Shown piece after piece: positions 55,701-64,000 of a DNA stretch of 64,000 nucleotides (positions are counted from its first letter, which is position 1; the number at the start of each line of letters is the position of its first letter). Source of the DNA: Octopus sinensis. Lineage: Eukaryota. The stretch is taken from assembly GCF_006345805.1 (NCBI RefSeq), contig NW_021829832.1, positions 806,001-870,000 on the forward strand, written 5' to 3'. The position numbers and the translations under genes were made by a program. The notes below the pieces were generated by a model. That model was given only the letters and a program-made list of their open reading frames with translations. It ran no database searches and was not told the origin of the DNA.

Positions 55701-57063
55701 GCCAACTTTCTTATCTCTGACTTCGAGGAGGAGAGAGTCCAGCAAGTCCTGGTTGATGTCGTCGAGGGACTGCTTAATGAGCCCTCCAATAGTCCCGACC
55801 ACTTCCAACCTCACTGATTCGTCTTGGTGGAGAGAACACATCTCCTCTGGAAATGCCAAAACTGTGACCCACCACACAAGTCTTTTCGCAGAGTAACATC
55901 GTGCTGGTACAGTTTGACTCCCATCTCGAGACAGGCCTTGCACACTTTGAGAGAATCGTCCTTGTAACTGCGAGTAATCAACAACCGAAATGCCATTCCA
56001 GGTAGGAGTGCCAGAGGGACGAGTAGTTCAGTAGAGGAATGGAGTTTTTGATAAAAAAATCACCGACAAAGCGAATTGTTTGTATTTTGTCTTTTTCACT
56101 CGATTCTCTCTGGAAGAGGGTGATATGAATAAACTTACCAATTTTATGTCGAGGTGGAGCAGAGCAAGCTGGACAAACGAGGGGGACACCGAACACAACT
56201 CCTCCAGGGCGGAATAGAGATTGACGAGGGGCTTACTATCAAAGAGGAGATTCTTCATGTACTACAAATGTGTTCTGAACGAGTACGTTCTGCAGAGAAT
56301 TCTCCACCGAGTCCTGAGCTCGACGCAAAACCTCGGCCAGAACTGAGTGGTGCTGAAAACGCAACTAATAAAGAATTGATGGCTCGTTTAATCACCTTGA
56401 ACGGGGGGGTCAGCCAAATCAGCAGCTGGTCGAAAAGCGGATCGAGATTCCGACAGTCGATCAGAAGGGAGGCCAGCAAATTGACGAGATTGTCACGAAC
56501 AGATGCATCAAACGAACTAAACAGTGGCCAAACACGGCTACCAATTTAGATTAATGACACGTCTGAAGAGTGCCAACACCAACTCGACCGCCCCCTCCAG
56601 AGAGTAGACGACGTTGAATATTCTTAAATAACTCATATTCTAAGAGTAAGGTTGGGTAATTAAACAGTCAGCATGTTCTCACAAAGACTGAAATTGACGG
56701 TCCCACATTCCTCGAGAAAGGAAAGTGATTCAATGAAGAGAGACAGACATTGCTAAGTGTATATGGGATTGGAATACTCTCGTGGATGATGGACATTCGA
56801 AGGGAGAGTGCGGGACTGAGATGCGGAAGGTCTCAGCCAGCAGACAGGCCAGCAGTAATCTCACGCGGTTGCTGGAGTGGCCTGAAAATGACGAGAGTAG
56901 GCTTGTTGAGAATTTGGATGTCTCCTCGGTTGTGAGAGGGCCAGTTTCCTTGACCAAATCGTAGTATTCCTGACTAATTTATGATCAAATTGACTTTTAA
57001 TTTCTTTATTATTTCCTTGTCGGTCAGATCTGTAGATATTGGTTCTAGTTGTCCCAGAGTCAT
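52783..57063 (-). CDS. PDS5: Sister chromatid cohesion protein PDS5 (many tiny introns)
   Basis: EPISTDLTDKEIIKKLK, VRLLLACLLAETFRISVPHSPF, LHQDESVRLEVV, PECVLPYVVHLLA, LWAICDIG. Confidence 0.85.
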
Positions 57064-57519
57064 TGCCAAACAAACAAAAATAATCCCGCTTTTTATTTTT
57101 AATTAATTAAAATAATTAAGTCAATTAAAACATGACTAAAACTAATATATAGGTATATGGAATTTATCATTTTAGAATTTTGGGGAAAGGTGGTCTGAAA
57201 GTGATTTTTTGCTATTGTTTTTTAAGTGTTGAGTGGGCCTTATGAAAAATCTAAGATTTATCAGTTCATGACAAACCCCGAAGAACTATTTACAACAACC
57301 AGGAACGCACTGACATCATAGGTGATCACGTTGAAAAATATTTCGAATTCTCTCCGATTGAAACATTCTTCCGCTTTAGCTAGCGTTCGACAACCTTCTC
57401 GACTGATCAGATCGGCTCGAGTTGTTTCTCTGTGCACGCATTCTTGTTCGGCAGAATTATTTATGGTAGCATTCCATCTTTTTCACATGATTTACTGTTC
57501 TTGTTAAGCTTAACAGTTC

Positions 57520-58560
57520 TAAATAAAAGCGACGGGCATCAGGCTCATGGGTGTGGATAAAATATTTAGGAGGCTCGCCGCGAAAATCATTCTTGGTGAT
57601 GTTCTCTCTTGAGCTTTCAGTTGTTGCCACGTCAGTTCGGTGTTAGTTTCTGAGGTGCCTGTGAGGCATCTGGCTACTGGGTAATGGAATTCGTCACTAA
57701 AGGCAATTCGAAAATCCCGTTTCTTGTTAAGCTGGATGTGCGCAACACTTTTAACAATGTTTGCAAAGACAAAATCTTGGAATTTGTTTACGCCCGCTGC
57801 TTGGCGCTCCACCTATCTATCTTACGCGTGTCCCTCGAATCTTTTATTTTGGAAGAATTTGCTAATCTTGGAGTCTGGGGTTAAGAAAGGGGATCCATTG
57901 GGGGTTCTCTTATTTGCTGACGCAGTAATTGTATTTCCCAAAGGCTATCAAACCCGCTCAATTTCTGGTAACTTGACGATGTCACCTTAGTTAGTTCGTT
58001 TGAATCCCTGATGTCGTTTTTATTGTTTCGAGCTTTGGCCAAATCGGTCTATCCCTCAATGATTTGGAGTTAACTCTGCTGTCCTCCGACTATTCTCTAT
58101 TTAATCAGGTCTTCACATCCTTTTCTGAGAAGGTTGTCGGTCTTAGATCAACAGATCCGAAATATTTCCTTGTCCTTGGTTCGCCAATCTCTAATCGAGC
58201 GATATCTACTGCTATTGCGGATAAGAAACGTGAGTTAGTACTGACCCTGGAACAAATCTTCGAGAAAAGTTGAGATTCCATTCGGTGTAAAGAAATTGTA
58301 AAATGTCTGAAAAACTGTCAATCAAATCAACCTCGCCTCAATAAATGCAGTTGGCTATTACGCTTAGGAGACTGATTAAATACCGTCCTACTATTTTCAG
58401 CTGGTTTACTCTTGAATGATGAGTCAGTTCGACTCGGCACCTTTCTACTACTCGAGATCCATCTTTGCTACCCCACCAGTGCAGGTGCGGGCAAAGTTCG
58501 ATGGCTTCCACCAACTTTCCTCTCGGTTAAGAGCTGGAGTCATATTTAAATCAATCATTT
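57520..58560 (+). mobile_element. Degenerate CRE-like reverse transcriptase / zinc knuckle fragment
   Basis: GIRLMGVDKIFRRLAAK, LVKLDVRNTFN, GVKKGDPLG, W.LDDVT, LVLGSPI, PHQCRCG across frameshifts. Confidence 0.7.
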
Positions 58561-59122
58561 CGAATTGTAAGATCAGGAATATTTGCAGTGAATGGTGATC
58601 AAAAAACAGTAAATCCTTTTTCAAGTTTACGGAAATTTCCAAAAAGTGTCTTAAATTGTTGACGCAGTCCTGTTATTTTCTCCTTGTAAAAATTGATGTG
58701 ATGAAAATTACACTTTTAAACAAAAAAATGTTCAATATTTCCCATTGTAGTAACTATAATAAAAAATGTCGTAACTCCTCTTCGAAATGATTAAACCAAT
58801 AACTAAGAGAGCTTTTTGGCCAATTAACCCACTGGTTTTGAAAGCCAGGGGGACGAAGCAACAATAATTAAATTATTCATTTCTGAATTTATATTTAGAT
58901 ACTAGATTCTTGTATTTTTATTTAATGTTGAATAATAATTCAAGATCGTCCGCAGGCCTATTTATACACCTCCTGGTTTAATTGAAAATGGTTCAATTCC
59001 GTGATCAAAGACTTCTTTGAACCCGGCTGGCCTTTTTTACCCAAGCACATCGGTGCTTTTTTCTTTACTCCCTCAATCGTAGCATCCCAAATTATTGCAG
59101 GGGCATTTTCTATATTTATGTC

Positions 59123-59177
59123 GCCATTATCCGGGGAAACAGTTTGGCACTCCGCCAGGCTACATATATCATAAACA
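59123..59177 (-). repeat. Inverted copy of the dispersed repeat at 23861-23917
   Basis: gccattatccggggaaacagtttggcactccgccaggctacata. Confidence 0.8.
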
Positions 59178-59718
59178 TTTAAAAATTATATTTTATTAGC
59201 ACCATCAAATAATTGTAGCTATTGATTAACTAATTAAATTACAATGATTGCCATACATTAATTTTCACTTGTCTTCTCACATAGACATAATATTAACACC
59301 ATTAAACAGTTTTAGTTGGTACGCTCTTTTTGTGCGAGCCCCATTTATTCCAATGTATCTTTCCACCCTGAATCTTGCAATTAGAAGTTTATGATCACTG
59401 TAGATAATCGTTCCCCCATAACTCGGGAAGAGGTCTTTTTCATAAAATGTAATCTATCTAGTTGTATACGCAGACTTAATTTTTATTTTCATCTTTTCGG
59501 AGCACGGTCCATGTAGTCTTGTGCCTCCCATTATTATAAAATACCGAGTTGCAGATGAAATAATAAAACGCGTTACAAAGTTGTGCGAAAGCCTTTCCTG
59601 GCATATTAAATCAAAATTAATGAGTATTTATAATTTTGAATTAAATAATTTATTTGAGTAAATTCGTGTCTAATTCAAACCTAAAATAAAATTTATAACG
59701 TGATTTTTAGCGTGCTAA

Positions 59719-61640
<1,922 letters not shown>

Positions 61641-62049
61641 TTTATTCTCTTACTGTGTTCCCTTTTCATTTCCTCATACTTTAATAAACTTTTGTTAACA
61701 TTTAATATTTTCCACCGGAATTACGTAACTTTTACTCAAAATGGATGTATACGATTCACCGAGGGATCTGAGATGAATTACGTGCATGGTCTACCTGTAT
61801 GAACTGATGACCACGTTATTGAATGACGAACGTGTCAACGCATATGCTGACAATCAATTTGTAACACTAAGAATGTGTCGGGGAACGAAAGTACTCGCAA
61901 TCGTGTATCAAACAGCACAATAGGAATAAATTATCTTCTGTAGGTTATGTAAGGAAAACATTTGAATTAGTCGAACATGAATTTTTAATCTAGTTCCTGC
62001 AAAACTTTGGTCTCCCGTGTTGGATGATAATACTCATCCAGAAACTTAT

Positions 62050-63130
62050 CACAAAATGGAAAATCAGTATAAATTTAGAAAACGGAATACTGGGGGAACG
62101 CAAAATCAATAGAGGTATACTGCAATTAGAATCTCTCTCATCTTCATTTTTGTGATGTAAATATATCCTCTGTGCTGAATGTTTGGCGGAAATTTTCTGA
62201 AACTAATCATGAGAAACTCAGACAGGGAGGAACCTGCATATGCCACTAATCACCTCTTATTTATGAACGATATAAAGCTGTTTTGGTATTATAATGACGT
62301 AATTAAAAATGATGGAAAAAGTTAAATTGTTTTTTGATGTAGCTGGGTTGGAAAAAAACGTTCAAAAATTTGCAAGAAATGAATTCGAGAGGCCTGGAGT
62401 TAATAAGTAATAAAGTGGAGGGAATACTCCTTCAATTTTATGATGATTTAGAACATAAGAAATACCTTTGTTTAAGGAGAGCAGGGATTAATTCAAAGAA
62501 AGCACATATGGCCACTGAAATAAATGGATCCACTGCGACTCATCCAAAAAGACTGTTGATCACTTTGCCACCATGTGTGGGCGAATGCTTCATCTGCATC
62601 TATGTCACCAATATGTAATAAAAGATCAAAAAAATTAAAAAACACATTCAGTCGAATCTGTTACCACCAACAAATTTGCAAAAATTCGAATTGACACAAA
62701 CCATTCGGTAGATAATGGCCAAATAACAAACCCGACAGTTTTGTTCACTACAAATCGAGCCACACAATTGCACTTCTCGTAGTGGGGATCACTTCATAAA
62801 ATTGTCTCAAGCGAATCAAAGTAAAAAAGTTCCACAAATACGACTTTCTGGCAAATGAACATGGAGCAATCTACAGGGCGAAAGTGAAAATCGTCCTTGT
62901 CGTTGACTTGGGACAGAAGTATCAAAATTTTTCAAGAACTATCCGGGGAACTCGGAGTGGAGATAAGGTGAATACATATATCCAGACACTGGTATTGCGA
63001 AAGATCTTAAAGAGCAGCAAGCCGAGACAAGGCACGGGTTATTGATGCCTGTTGAGGGGGTGGCCTCTATATCTAGACTGCGTGTCGACATAAATCTGCC
63101 CATCAGTGCAGCGAAAGTAGGTCCTAAGAG
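62050..63130 (+). mobile_element. Degenerate R4/NeSL-like non-LTR retrotransposon remnant
   Basis: TNHLLFMNDIKL (YxDD-box region) at ~62243, KKYL, later PDTGI; no intact ORF. Confidence 0.5.
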
Positions 63131-63561
63131 GATGAGGTTGATTTAACAAAAACTATAAATAATTTAATTTCTAGCTTCCGGATGTATTTCTCTCGTATGA
63201 GTTACTTAATTAAGATACCTATTTGAAAGATCGTTCACTTTGAACCTATTTAAAAAACAATCTAAATTAATAATTGCATTATTGATAATGAAAGGATTCG
63301 TGAACCACATTTTATATGGGATTTTTAATTTTCAGCCACACCCTAAAACGAGTATGTTAGCATCCTCGACATAGTCTATAAACTTAAACAATTAAAACCT
63401 CAAGGACAAACAACGTAGTAATTGCGAGTAGAATCTCAACAGCGGTTCTTGTTTGGGAGTTAATCCCTAATTCTATATACTATTTGCTTTATTGAATAAA
63501 AAGGTAGATTAAACGAGATTATAAAATAAGGTTATTAGTAGAATAGAAATATTGAACGATC

Positions 63562-64000
63562 TCATAGTTGTGTTTGAGAACTGGAGATGTGACTCTTTTT
63601 ATCCCTCTTGAAAAATGATTGGATTTTACTAATCGCGACATCATATGGCTCGAGAGATCGTAAGTACTTTGGAAGGAACTCCCAAGTTCGCAAAAAGTGA
63701 GGCAGAGCAGAAGGAAGTTTGTCTTGTAAGACGTTAATGACGGAGATGAGGAAAATAAAGAAAACGATAATTCCAATACACCCCCAAACTGTCTGCCACC
63801 CAATCAGGGACAGGCCAAAGAAGACACCAGGAATCACAAAGAATACGAAGGTCATGTAAAAAACCGCAAACCAATGATATTTTGCTGACGTTTTGCCCAA
63901 AAATACTGCCACCCTTAATGGAATCTGAAAGTTAGTGATAGGTAGGAGACCCTCCGTAAGAATGGGAGTGGATACCACAACAGAACACCATTCAGGTTGA
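63562..64000 (-). CDS. SLC34A: Sodium-dependent phosphate transporter SLC34 (3' end; gene continues beyond the window)
   Basis: PLRVAVFLGKTSAKYHWFAVFY, LPHFLRTWEFLPKYLRSLEPYD. Confidence 0.9.
   Translation of the reverse strand, partial: QPEWCSVVVSTPILTEGLLPITNFQIPLRVAVFLGKTSAKYHWFAVFYMTFVFFVIPGVFFGLSLIGWQTVWGCIGIIVFFIFLISVINVLQDKLPSALPHFLRTWEFLPKYLRSLEPYDVAISKIQSFFKRDKKSHISSSQTQL

Overview
Eukaryotic (animal-like) nuclear DNA using the standard code, with a very compact gene structure. About 14 distinct protein-coding genes are split by many ~21-30 nt spliceosomal introns, which is why the ORF track is fragmented. In order: NAPRT, NWD1/2-like NACHT-WD40, Rab7-like, a small orphan ORF, CDC40/PRP17, TMED2-like, glycogen synthase, LRRC34, DDX5/DBP2, CFAP157, ANKRD42-like, ACADVL, ISCA2, PDS5, HSP60 and the 3' end of SLC34. 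Tiny introns plus motile-cilia genes plus the standard code suggest a dicyemid-type mesozoan parasite; this is inference only. Intergenic DNA holds transposons: a near-intact hAT; a decayed hAT that has host-type mini-introns and carries a tRNA-SINE and a 73-bp hairpin MITE; an Ingi/Vingi-like LINE with a 2A-like motif and a 10-bp TSD; a non-autonomous hAT; and CRE, R4 and Gypsy remnants. A ~7.8 kb tandem duplication (34748-42520 / 42521-50377) may be an assembly artefact. The best lead is the DDX5 motif-V intron: 103 nt against a ~25 nt norm, folding into a long symmetric hairpin that leaves about 22 nt unpaired, a candidate helicase-sensing or miRNA-hosting intron. Exon boundaries, gene identities and RNA folds were worked out by eye, without database searches or folding software.
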